Positions 26,659-35,985 of a DNA stretch of 64,000 bases are shown here, piece after piece. A program made the position numbers and the translations under genes. Below the pieces are notes generated by a model. It saw only the letters and a program-made list of their open reading frames with translations. It had not been told where the DNA came from and ran no database searches. The stretch is from positions 291,875-355,874 of the IMG/VR virus record IMGVR_UViG_3300047476_002078. One strand, 5' to 3'. The stretch's first letter is position 1. Each line of letters starts with the position of its first letter.

Positions 26659-27483
26659 ATGGCACTATTTAAAGGTAATGTAAAACCCTACGTTGTAATT
26701 GATGGTTTAGGAATTAGGTTAAATTTCGGAGAAACCGTAAATTTAGCTGAATGGCAAACAGCTAATCCAAATTTTAAATTCGCTTTAAAAAATAAGTGGG
26801 TTATTTCCGCCGACAGAAAAGCTCTGCTTTACAACACTCTCGAATCCAAAAAAATGACGGAAAAAAACAATGTACAGCGTCATAATGAAATCGTTAGTCC
26901 TGCCAATAGAGAAATAGTAAAAGAAGTCTCTGGAATAGACCCTGCCGTTTTAAATCAGGTTTTAGAAAAACAGGCTATATTTTTACGAAGTGTTCAGCAA
27001 TCTTATGATTCATTAAAACAAGAAGTTAAGGAAAACAAAGAGATTAAAAAAGAAGATGTTAAGATTGACATGTCTCCATTTTATCAAGCTTTATCTGCGT
27101 TACAGGAACAACAAAAACAAATAGTTGAGCAGATTAACAAAACAGACAACTCTCATCTATTTACCGCTTTATTACATGAAATTAGAAATCTGAGTTTATC
27201 CCAACAGCCTCAAGAATCTCAAAAAACTGTGGAGCTTCTTTCACAAATTCAGAAGACTTTAGAAAATACAAAGACACAAGTTATCTATAATAATTCAGGA
27301 ACAGGAAGAATTGAAAATCAAAGTGAAGGTTTCAGAATCCAAGACTTTGAAGAAAAATACGTTCCTAAAGTGGAAGACTTGAATGTTAAAGATTCTAAAA
27401 TTGTAACTCAACAAACACAATCAGGAAGCGTGGATGATGCGTTAGCTGCATTGAAGAAATTAAAAAATCAAATGAAAAAATAG
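26659..27483 (+). CDS. coiled-coil protein, candidate partner/adaptor of the actin-like ATPase
   Basis: Small N-terminal beta domain, Q/E/K-rich heptads, terminal amphipathic helix SVDDALAALKKLK; 9 bp upstream of the actin gene. Confidence 0.65.
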   Translation: MALFKGNVKPYVVIDGLGIRLNFGETVNLAEWQTANPNFKFALKNKWVISADRKALLYNTLESKKMTEKNNVQRHNEIVSPANREIVKEVSGIDPAVLNQVLEKQAIFLRSVQQSYDSLKQEVKENKEIKKEDVKIDMSPFYQALSALQEQQKQIVEQINKTDNSHLFTALLHEIRNLSLSQQPQESQKTVELLSQIQKTLENTKTQVIYNNSGTGRIENQSEGFRIQDFEEKYVPKVEDLNVKDSKIVTQQTQSGSVDDALAALKKLKNQMKK

Positions 27484-27492
27484 GAGATGTAA

Positions 27493-28539
27493 ATGGAACA
27501 ATTAGAAAATCAAGAAATGCCAGCAAGCCCGAAACAAAAAGAACCCAAATATCTTTGTAAGGGTTTAGATATAGGAACAGGAACTATTATTGCTTCTCAT
27601 TTGGATGAGAATAATAATGAAGTTAAAAGTTTACGAGTCAGAGACGCTTTCGTGTCACTGGCTGTAGAGCAAAAACAAATGTTGAAGCTATCAAATATTT
27701 CATATATTGAAGAAGGCGACAGAGTTATTATTGTTGGAGACGATGCTGCAAATATCGCAAACATATTTAATCAGCCTTTAAGAAGACCTCTTAGTAAAGG
27801 AACAATTTCTCCGCAGGAAATTGAAGCTCAAAAAGTAATCAAGCATTTGTTTAGGCATGTTCTTGGTGAAGCTCCTGTGGCAGGAACACCTTGTTATTAT
27901 TCTGTGCCTGCGGCTCCTATTGATGCTGATATGGACGTTACTTACCACGAAATGATTATGGGTCAAATGGTTGAATCTTTAGGTTGGCAAGCGTGTCCTG
28001 CAAATGAAGCTCAAGCAATCGTATATTCAGAATGTGCTGACACTATGTTCAGCGGTTTTGCAATGTCCTTTGGTGCAGGGATGGTAAACGCATCTCTTTC
28101 ATATAAATCCATCCCTCTAATTACTATGGCTGTTGCTAGAAGCGGTGATTACGTTGATGAATCAGCCGCTAAAGCAACAGGTCTATCTCCTGCAAAAATT
28201 TGTGCCGTAAAAGAAAAAGGCGTTGATTTGTTAAACCCGAAAGGGCGAGAGCAAGAAGCAATCGCTATTTATTATAAAACCTTAATTCGTTACGCTTTAA
28301 CTAACTTTGTAGAAAAAATTAAAAGTCAAAACGTGATGGCTCAAATTGATCTTCCTGAATCTGTTCCTGTAGTTATTGGTGGAGGAACTTCTCTGCCGAT
28401 CAACTTTATGGAAGTTGTAAGACAGGAAGTTCAAAAGTTGAAAGGTTTTCCTTTCTCGGTAACAGATATAAGACACGCTAAGAATCCTCTATTCGCAGTT
28501 TCCAGAGGACTTTTAATCATGGCACAAAACCATGAGTAA
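27493..28539 (+). CDS. actin-superfamily ATPase (MreB/FtsA/ParM-like)
   Basis: Phosphate-1 GLDIGTG, connect-1 NEAQAI, phosphate-2 SFGAGMVN, adenosine VVIGGGTS, connect-2 PLFAVSRG; AGGAG RBS. Confidence 0.85.
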   Translation: MEQLENQEMPASPKQKEPKYLCKGLDIGTGTIIASHLDENNNEVKSLRVRDAFVSLAVEQKQMLKLSNISYIEEGDRVIIVGDDAANIANIFNQPLRRPLSKGTISPQEIEAQKVIKHLFRHVLGEAPVAGTPCYYSVPAAPIDADMDVTYHEMIMGQMVESLGWQACPANEAQAIVYSECADTMFSGFAMSFGAGMVNASLSYKSIPLITMAVARSGDYVDESAAKATGLSPAKICAVKEKGVDLLNPKGREQEAIAIYYKTLIRYALTNFVEKIKSQNVMAQIDLPESVPVVIGGGTSLPINFMEVVRQEVQKLKGFPFSVTDIRHAKNPLFAVSRGLLIMAQNHE

Positions 28540-28548
28540 GGAGTAAGG

Positions 28549-29889
28549 GTGTATTATTTTCTCTCAAGAGAAATTAAAAGACGTGTCGTCGAGGAACTGA
28601 AAGGTATTTTTTCAGAATACCCCGGACTTTCTAAATTTAAAGTTTCTGATAAATTCCCGTATGATGAAAGACCTCAGTATGGAGTTGTTGTGAAAAATGT
28701 TTCAGGCAACTCCATGCCAATCTCTTCAGATAACTTTATCGGTACGGTAGTAAGTCATTGTTTTACAGCCTCATTGAAAGGTAAAAAAAGTCTGATTTTT
28801 GATTGGGTTCGAGAAGACTCTGCAAACATAACAAAATATGAAATGGATGATTTATCTTCTCAAGTTGATGGCAGCAAAAGGATTTTTCAACTAAATTTTC
28901 AACCTACTTCAGGTGAGGGCAATCTTGCTTTAGCTACGAGTCCAAAACAGATTTTGGCTTATGCAAACGGCAACCCTATACCTGTAATTGACTTAAAAGA
29001 AAAACAAGTCGTGCTAAATTATGCCCCTGCTATAGGAAGCAAACTTGTTGTAGAGTATCATCGAAGAAATTTAGTTCCTGCGGGTCTTTATTATTTTGAA
29101 GTCATTGAACCAAACAAAGTTATGATTGATACTTTGTTAAATTTTGATGAAGTTATAATAAAAGAAGCTAGAGGTGATGAGGTTTCATATCAATTGCCTC
29201 ATTTTCCTATACGCCAAAAAACTTTTGAAATTTTTGAAAATGACAGAACTGTTTTACGAGAAGGTATCCATTATAATGTAAATTTGGATACAGGTTTGAT
29301 TACGTGGTTAATTAACCCTGACGATACTAATGGTACTACTTTAATCAAAGGTGCTAATTATCGAGTTTTTTATCGTTACCAAAGTAATTCTATCGGACCA
29401 GTTGATATACAAAAACAAACTTTGTGTCAGGCACTATCGGGAGTTGTTGTAGCTATAAGTAATTGGGTGGAAGTAGGGGATAAACAAGTAGTAATTGTAA
29501 CTGACAAAAGAGAAGACGCTGCCCAAGAATATGGGGGTCATTTTGAAACAAGTCTTTCGATGGATATATACAGTCGTGACCCTATTCAAAGAGAAATTAT
29601 TGCAGATTTGTTAGCCGTTAAGATTTTTGGGCATCTAAAACCTATATTTGATTCACAGGGTTTAATGATAACAAATGTATCTTTGAACGGAGAATCTGAA
29701 GATTTATATGATGAAAATACTGATACTGTGTATTACATGGCAGGCATAGATATTAATTTTAATAGTGATTGGAGATTTTATGCTCCTCTCCTTCCAAAAA
29801 TAAAATTTTTAGACATTCACATAGAATTATTGGAAAGTTTACAAAAATACCAAGTTGACTTTATACCTAAAACCGAAAGTTTGAGATGA
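28549..29889 (+). CDS. putative tail terminator / tail completion protein with inserted beta domains
   Basis: GTG start with AAGGAG; lies before the sheath gene; N- and C-terminal halves (SDKFPYDERPQYG; MDIYSRDP..REIIADL) flank DLSSQVDG..R.F.L modules. Confidence 0.5.
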   Translation: MYYFLSREIKRRVVEELKGIFSEYPGLSKFKVSDKFPYDERPQYGVVVKNVSGNSMPISSDNFIGTVVSHCFTASLKGKKSLIFDWVREDSANITKYEMDDLSSQVDGSKRIFQLNFQPTSGEGNLALATSPKQILAYANGNPIPVIDLKEKQVVLNYAPAIGSKLVVEYHRRNLVPAGLYYFEVIEPNKVMIDTLLNFDEVIIKEARGDEVSYQLPHFPIRQKTFEIFENDRTVLREGIHYNVNLDTGLITWLINPDDTNGTTLIKGANYRVFYRYQSNSIGPVDIQKQTLCQALSGVVVAISNWVEVGDKQVVIVTDKREDAAQEYGGHFETSLSMDIYSRDPIQREIIADLLAVKIFGHLKPIFDSQGLMITNVSLNGESEDLYDENTDTVYYMAGIDINFNSDWRFYAPLLPKIKFLDIHIELLESLQKYQVDFIPKTESLR

Positions 29890-29898
29890 GGATTAAAT

Positions 29899-30297
29899 AT
29901 GCCTACGTATGAATATTTCTGTGAAGATTGCAATTATCATTTTGAAGAATTTAAAAAAATGGATGAAGCGGGACCTCAAACAAACTGTCCAAAATGCTCA
30001 AAAATAGAGGCTACAAGAAGAGTTTTTAGCCCTGTAGGCATTATGAGAGCAGGTACTTCAAGAGACACTGTTGATAGACTTATAGGAGCAGAAGCAGAAA
30101 AAAGATGGGAAGACATCAATGATCGCAAAAAACAAAAAGACAAAATAAGAAAAGAATCAGGAAATCAAGCAATTAAGTCAGAGATCAAAAAAGATGATTC
30201 TGGAAAAATAAACTATGAATATAAATCAGTAAATAAAGAGAGAATTGAAGAACGAAAAACTCTCTATTCGGAATTCTCAAAGCAAGAAAAGCCTTAG
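29899..30297 (+). CDS. FmdB-family zinc-ribbon protein
   Basis: MPTYEYFCEDC...F...CPKC...RRVFS signature. Confidence 0.8.
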   Translation: MPTYEYFCEDCNYHFEEFKKMDEAGPQTNCPKCSKIEATRRVFSPVGIMRAGTSRDTVDRLIGAEAEKRWEDINDRKKQKDKIRKESGNQAIKSEIKKDDSGKINYEYKSVNKERIEERKTLYSEFSKQEKP

Positions 30298-30387
30298 AGA
30301 ATATTCCTCCCAAATTATTTATATTAATAATGTAGAATTTTTTTAGTGAAATATAGATAAAGTTAATTCTTTTTGGAGGATTTTTTC

Positions 30388-33141
30388 ATGGCAATTTTTA
30401 GCACTTACGCCCCTCCGGGCGTGTACGTTCAGACATTAACAGATACTTCAGTTCCAAGCATTATTGCAGGTTTGAGATTACCTGTTTTTATTGGAGTTGG
30501 AGCGGAAACTTTAAAATTAACCAATTTTGAAATTATCAGAGGTTCTTCTGCGACTTCTGATATTAGAATGGTTGGCGAAGACGTATCAAATCAATTTACA
30601 GGAACTAACAGAACTTTTAACGTGGTTCATTTTCCCGTTGTTGATGGAAACGGAAACGCTTTTGTAACAAATGACCCAAATGCTATTACTGTAACTGTAG
30701 ATGGGGAGCCTACTTCTATTATAAACCTTAACGGTGAGTTAGGGCAAGTAACTCTAGGAACTATACCTCCTCTCGGCTCAACTGTCAGGGTGTCCTATTT
30801 CTTTTCTCGAAAAGATACCAAAATCACAGACGATGATGTTAGTTCACAGGCGGACGGTTTAAATAAAACTTTCAAAGTTAATTTTCCTAGAATTGTTTCT
30901 GGGAATAATGGTGGAATTTCAACTACTGACCCTTCAAGATTGTCCGCTACTGTAAATGGTTCATCTGTAGTAATTTCTTCTGTTGACGGTGAGCTTGGAT
31001 TGGTAACTCTTTCAAGTGCTCCTGAAGAAGGAGATACAGTTCTTTTAACTTATTACACAAACACTTGGCAGGATACTTTTGACTTCCTTCCTCAAGATAT
31101 TACTTTAAGCAAAATAAATGCTGTAGGTAATACTCCAAATAAACAAGATTATTTTTTAGGTTCTGACTTCGTTATAGAATCTGGAAATAAAATTCAATGG
31201 GGAAGCTCAGTAAGTGTAGGAGTAGGTGAATTAGAATCAGGTGAAGCCTTCGATGACACTCAAATCCAAGGTATTTTAGTAGATAACCGTGCTTTCTTTA
31301 GACAGTGTTCTGGCTCATCTAACGGAAATAATAAAGTTTTTCAACTTGAATTTTTCCCTACAGATGGTACAGGTTTAGCGAAAGTAACAGATGATATTAC
31401 TAAAATTCAAGTATATGTTGGTAATTCTGTAGCTTCAGCCAAAGCTGCTGGACCTGTTTCTGTTGCACAACTTGTAGGAGGAACTAGAACAGTAACTCTT
31501 AAAAATGCACCTTCGGCAGGAATGAAAGTATATGCGTCTTTTTATTACAATAATTTAACAGACGACTCTTTCACAATCACAAATAAAGTAGCTTCTGTTG
31601 GAGCTTCCGCAGGAGATTACGAAATATCTTCAGATAATTTCGGGCAACTATTCGACGCTAATTTCGATATTACTGGTTCAATGGTAGCCGCTGCTAATTT
31701 TAGCATTGAAGGTATTAGTTTTCCGGGCGATGTAGAAGACACTTTAACAATACCAAGAGCGTCACTTGAAGAGACAGTGACTCTGACATTTACAGATAGT
31801 AACACTTATGTTGTTACCTCCTCTTTAGGTGCTTCTGGCTCAAACGGTACTGGATATTTAGACCAAACTTATATTGATTCAAAAACAGGGTTACGTTTTA
31901 CTGTTTTAAGCCCTTCGACATTTAGTTACCAATCTGGTGATTTTTTAATGATCGAATGTTCTCAAACATTTAAGACAGATTCAAACCCAACAAAGTCAAT
32001 ACCCGGAATCAATTTAATTGTTTCAAATTCTACTGGGGTAGGAGTAGGAAACACGGCTATTGTTAATACTTATAACAAAGGTGGAAGCGAGCCTGCTATC
32101 GGAGATTCTTATTACGTTTCTCTTGAGTACGCTAAAGCTGATTTCAAGCCAAATGTTTACTTAAATTTCAGAGATGTCGTAAGCAACTTTGGTGAACTAA
32201 ATGTTGAGAACAGACTAACTTTAGCAAGTAATTTAGCGTTCCTTAACGGTGCTCCTGCGGTAGCTCTAGTTCAAGTTAAAAAAGGTCCAGATGGATTACA
32301 GGCAAATGACTCTGATTATTTTGCAGCCATGGATTCATTAGAAAACCCTATGGATGGAGATGTAAGACCAAACATTATGGTTTGTTTAACAACAAGCAAA
32401 CCTGTAATTCAATACATGAAAAAGCATGTTGAGAAAGTTTCAAGTACAAGGTACGCACTTGAAAGAACTGGTGTTTTTGGTTACGCAATCGGAACAACTC
32501 CTGAATCTGCTCAAGATTTTTCAAAGGCTTTAAGAACCGAGCGTTTAATAGGAGTATATCCAGACGGAGCTATTGTAGCTCTAACTGACGCATTAGGTCG
32601 TGAAGTTGAAACCGCAGTTGATGGAAGCTTTTTAGCGGCAGCTTTAGCTGGATTAGCTTGTAATCCTTCTTTCGATGTTGCTACTCCGCTAACACGTAAG
32701 AGCATGGTAGGGTTTCGTCGCTTGTTTAGAAAACTTGACGCTGTTTCAGCCAATCAATCTGCAACCGCAGGTTTAACGGTTCTTACAGAAAATCAAGCGG
32801 CTATTCAAATTAGACAAGCTGTAACTACAGACATGAGTAACGTGCTTACTAGAGAGCCTTCTATAGTGTTTATTAAAGATTATGTTCAGCAACAAACAAG
32901 GGCAATTCTTGACCCATTTATTGCAGAAAAATTCTTACCTACTCGCATAACAGATATTGAAATATCTCTAGCGAATATGTTCAAAGCACTAATCCAAGGT
33001 GAGATTGTAACTGCATATACAGGAATTAAGGCTACTCCTAGAGCGAGTGACCCTACTGTAGCAGATGTCGTAGCTTTCTATTCTCCTGTTTTCCCGTTAA
33101 ATTGGATTCAGGTAAATTACACTATCAGAACTAGCCTTTAA
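30388..33141 (+). CDS. contractile tail sheath protein with large insertion domains
   Basis: Start revised to ATG 30388 (GGAGGA RBS). N-terminal YAPPGVYV and LPVFIGVG; C-terminal DGSFLAAALAG...PLTRK...VAFYSPVFPLNWI.V sheath signature. Confidence 0.9.
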   Translation: MAIFSTYAPPGVYVQTLTDTSVPSIIAGLRLPVFIGVGAETLKLTNFEIIRGSSATSDIRMVGEDVSNQFTGTNRTFNVVHFPVVDGNGNAFVTNDPNAITVTVDGEPTSIINLNGELGQVTLGTIPPLGSTVRVSYFFSRKDTKITDDDVSSQADGLNKTFKVNFPRIVSGNNGGISTTDPSRLSATVNGSSVVISSVDGELGLVTLSSAPEEGDTVLLTYYTNTWQDTFDFLPQDITLSKINAVGNTPNKQDYFLGSDFVIESGNKIQWGSSVSVGVGELESGEAFDDTQIQGILVDNRAFFRQCSGSSNGNNKVFQLEFFPTDGTGLAKVTDDITKIQVYVGNSVASAKAAGPVSVAQLVGGTRTVTLKNAPSAGMKVYASFYYNNLTDDSFTITNKVASVGASAGDYEISSDNFGQLFDANFDITGSMVAAANFSIEGISFPGDVEDTLTIPRASLEETVTLTFTDSNTYVVTSSLGASGSNGTGYLDQTYIDSKTGLRFTVLSPSTFSYQSGDFLMIECSQTFKTDSNPTKSIPGINLIVSNSTGVGVGNTAIVNTYNKGGSEPAIGDSYYVSLEYAKADFKPNVYLNFRDVVSNFGELNVENRLTLASNLAFLNGAPAVALVQVKKGPDGLQANDSDYFAAMDSLENPMDGDVRPNIMVCLTTSKPVIQYMKKHVEKVSSTRYALERTGVFGYAIGTTPESAQDFSKALRTERLIGVYPDGAIVALTDALGREVETAVDGSFLAAALAGLACNPSFDVATPLTRKSMVGFRRLFRKLDAVSANQSATAGLTVLTENQAAIQIRQAVTTDMSNVLTREPSIVFIKDYVQQQTRAILDPFIAEKFLPTRITDIEISLANMFKALIQGEIVTAYTGIKATPRASDPTVADVVAFYSPVFPLNWIQVNYTIRTSL

Positions 33142-33147
33142 AAAATT

Positions 33148-33181
33148 ATACGAGAGGGAAGATATAACTTCCCTCTCGTAT
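33148..33181. terminator. 14-bp perfect inverted repeat after the sheath gene
   Basis: ATACGAGAGGGAAG-ATATAA-CTTCCCTCTCGTAT; no canonical U-tract. Confidence 0.7.
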
Positions 33182-33221
33182 TCCTTAAAATTTCAGACTT
33201 ATTTTCTAATAATTTGTTGTA

Positions 33222-33704
33222 TTGATGCTAAAGGTTTATATCAAGCCCTTATTGAGTAAATCTGTCTTAAAAAAGAAATTGGACAGATTACTAACACGCC
33301 GTCTTAAATATAATTTAGGGAGGGCAGGTTTGAAAAAAATTCGAGAGCATCAAAAGAATTACGGTAAAAACGGTAATTCTATCAGAAAAAGTGTATCTTT
33401 TACGATAGGTAAAAGCAGTATAACTTTTCATTTAAACGCTATCGGCTCCTATCATAACTATGGGGTAAGAAAGCATAAAATGAAATACTTGCAAAAGGCA
33501 ACACGTCCTATTCCTATCAAAGATAAGAACACAGGAGAGATTGTTTTTAGATGGGCTAGTAAAAAGTCCATGAGGAAAAAAGGAAGTTGGACTCACCCCG
33601 GTCTTCCCAAAACAAAGTTTTTTGAAAAGGGTGTAGAAGATTTAAAAAAAGATTTTCGTAAAAAATTAAAAAGTGAATTCAAAAAATATATGAGTAAAAA
33701 ATAA
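33222..33704 (+). CDS. basic virion morphogenesis-type protein
   Basis: K/R-rich; WTHPG motif typical of neck/tail-completion proteins. Confidence 0.5.
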   Translation: MMLKVYIKPLLSKSVLKKKLDRLLTRRLKYNLGRAGLKKIREHQKNYGKNGNSIRKSVSFTIGKSSITFHLNAIGSYHNYGVRKHKMKYLQKATRPIPIKDKNTGEIVFRWASKKSMRKKGSWTHPGLPKTKFFEKGVEDLKKDFRKKLKSEFKKYMSKK

Positions 33705-34843
33705 TGGCTAATTTAAAAATACAGAATAGGCAAAATTCATCAAAAGTTGATACAAGATTTTTAGGTTATTCTGAAGGCTCTGTTTTTTATTTGCACCCTT
33801 CAAGATATGTTAAAAATTCAAGAATTGAATTTGGATACGTTGGAGACAATATATCTAAATTTCCAAGAAATACTCTAAATGAATATCAAGATTTAATAAC
33901 TTCATTAGATTTCAGTACAGGTGTAATTGACGGAGGGGATGAAATTTCTTCGGATTTTTTAGTACCTAATATGTCATCTGGAGAAGGAGTTGTAGCTGTT
34001 ATTTCAATAAACACGCAGGATTTATTAAGTGTTGTTTATGAAAATGTTAAAACTATAGAACTTGCTACAGTTGATTTTGATTCCATTAATTTTTCTAAAC
34101 CTTACAACATGCCTTTATACAGTGTCTTAATCGTTAATAGGGGTTCTGGTTACAAAATTGAGTCATTCCATGATTTAAGACCTGATTTTGTGCTTGGTTT
34201 AGATACTGAAACATTGCATTTTACAAATGATAATAATGAAGAATACCGCATACAATTTTTAGAATATTTGAGTGAGTCTTCTTTAGCCGGACAAAATCAG
34301 ATCAATATTAGAAATACAAATTTACAAGCAGGTGATTCAGTAACATTATTTTCTAAAATTAATTCAGAAAATTTAGTAGTTGAAAATATTCAAAAAAGAT
34401 CACCTCTACCTGACATAATTACATTTTCTTCTAATCTTCAAAATGCTTATGATTTGTCGGATTTGCCTAGAGTTAGAATGAATGAATATAGTAATTTAAG
34501 GCAGGCTTTGGAATCTAAAAGTAAAATTTTATATGATTCTGGATGGGTGGCTGCTTCAACATCTCAAACGGTCAATATTGTACATAATTTGAACCGAAAT
34601 ATTTTTACTTATCATTTTTTAATTTATTTCAATTCAGTCGAAAGTATGGAAGGTGCGAGACTATTGACTCAATATGCAGACACAAGTTTAAGTCAAACCT
34701 ATGGAGTAAATATAAAAATGAATTTTGATAACGTGACTCTAAAATTTGGAAATAACTCATTATACCATATTTTAGATTCCTCTGGAGACGTACTTAGTTC
34801 TGTCAGTAATGGATACTACAGAGCGGTAGCGGTTTTAAATTAA
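33704..34843 (+). CDS. tail-associated paralog 1 (379 aa)
   Basis: Starts MANLKIQN; SKFPRN; LYDSGW; ends NGYYRAV. Confidence 0.7.
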   Translation: MANLKIQNRQNSSKVDTRFLGYSEGSVFYLHPSRYVKNSRIEFGYVGDNISKFPRNTLNEYQDLITSLDFSTGVIDGGDEISSDFLVPNMSSGEGVVAVISINTQDLLSVVYENVKTIELATVDFDSINFSKPYNMPLYSVLIVNRGSGYKIESFHDLRPDFVLGLDTETLHFTNDNNEEYRIQFLEYLSESSLAGQNQINIRNTNLQAGDSVTLFSKINSENLVVENIQKRSPLPDIITFSSNLQNAYDLSDLPRVRMNEYSNLRQALESKSKILYDSGWVAASTSQTVNIVHNLNRNIFTYHFLIYFNSVESMEGARLLTQYADTSLSQTYGVNIKMNFDNVTLKFGNNSLYHILDSSGDVLSSVSNGYYRAVAVLN

Positions 34844-35982
34844 TGGCAAACATAAAATTACAGAATATTGAAAATAATTTTTCAGGTAAAGAAAAACCTA
34901 TTCATTGTTTTATAGAAAATAAAATAATTGATATTTATACCAATGAAAGAATATTTTATGAGAGTGCTGTTCAATCAAATTTTCCATCTTCTGTTAATTT
35001 TGAAAAAATAAAAATAACAATAGATTTTCAAAATGGGACAATCAATAACTCGTCTTTTATAAACGTAATACCGTCCAGTAATAATTTTAGACTGGCTCAA
35101 GTTTACTATACTAGAAACAAAAATATTGAAGTTAGATATAGTTTATTAGATTTTTTAACTAGAGAAGAAGTATTACAAGGTTTTATAGATAACGCACATG
35201 ATGTTTGTGGAAATAAAGTATATGGAGCGATAAAGATTTTTTCTGTAATAATCTCATCTACTGGCGGTATTTTAAATACTATTAATGAAAATGATTTGTT
35301 TGTAGAATCATCTGCCTTTAAATTTTTAAATTCTGTTAATGATATTTTTACTGAAACTGACATAGTTCATTTTGAAACATTACTTGTTGATGCTTTTGAC
35401 GGTGAAAGCTCGGTAAAAGTAGATAAAACAATATGTGAAATAGGTGATTTAATAAAAATTCAAAAGTTATTGAATGGAACCCAAGAGGAATTTCCCGTAG
35501 GTTCAGGAGAAGATGATTTCCTCCGAGTCACTAATGTAGTTAAAGGTGAACTCTTTGATGAAGTTTTTTTCACTCCTACAATTGTCGGAAATTTTACAGT
35601 TGGCGAAGCTGCGAGAATAATTAAATTAAATGTTACAGAATTTAAAACTTCTTTTTTATCATATTCAGAAAATCAACCATACGATACGGGATGGATTTTT
35701 GTTTCGGCAGGAACAAACGGAAGTTTTGCTCACCCTGAAAATAAATCTTTTAGTGGTGTTCCTATAGTTTACTATAGCCCTACAGGTTCAGATAGTGATG
35801 TAAGAACCATACCTCACGGCTATGCTTCAGGTTCTACACAAATCGGTATTTGGATTTACCCTGATACTGGAGGATTGGGAACATTTGCATACGAAATAGG
35901 AGCAGGTGGTATTTTTTTTGATTTTGAAACAAATAGTTTAAGAACAACTGGTTTTATAAGAATCGTATTAAGTAGAGCATAA
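34843..35982 (+). CDS. tail-associated paralog 2 (379 aa)
   Basis: Starts MANIKLQN; SNFPSS; YDTGW; ends TGFIRIV. Confidence 0.7.
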   Translation: MANIKLQNIENNFSGKEKPIHCFIENKIIDIYTNERIFYESAVQSNFPSSVNFEKIKITIDFQNGTINNSSFINVIPSSNNFRLAQVYYTRNKNIEVRYSLLDFLTREEVLQGFIDNAHDVCGNKVYGAIKIFSVIISSTGGILNTINENDLFVESSAFKFLNSVNDIFTETDIVHFETLLVDAFDGESSVKVDKTICEIGDLIKIQKLLNGTQEEFPVGSGEDDFLRVTNVVKGELFDEVFFTPTIVGNFTVGEAARIIKLNVTEFKTSFLSYSENQPYDTGWIFVSAGTNGSFAHPENKSFSGVPIVYYSPTGSDSDVRTIPHGYASGSTQIGIWIYPDTGGLGTFAYEIGAGGIFFDFETNSLRTTGFIRIVLSRA

Positions 35983-35985
35983 AAT

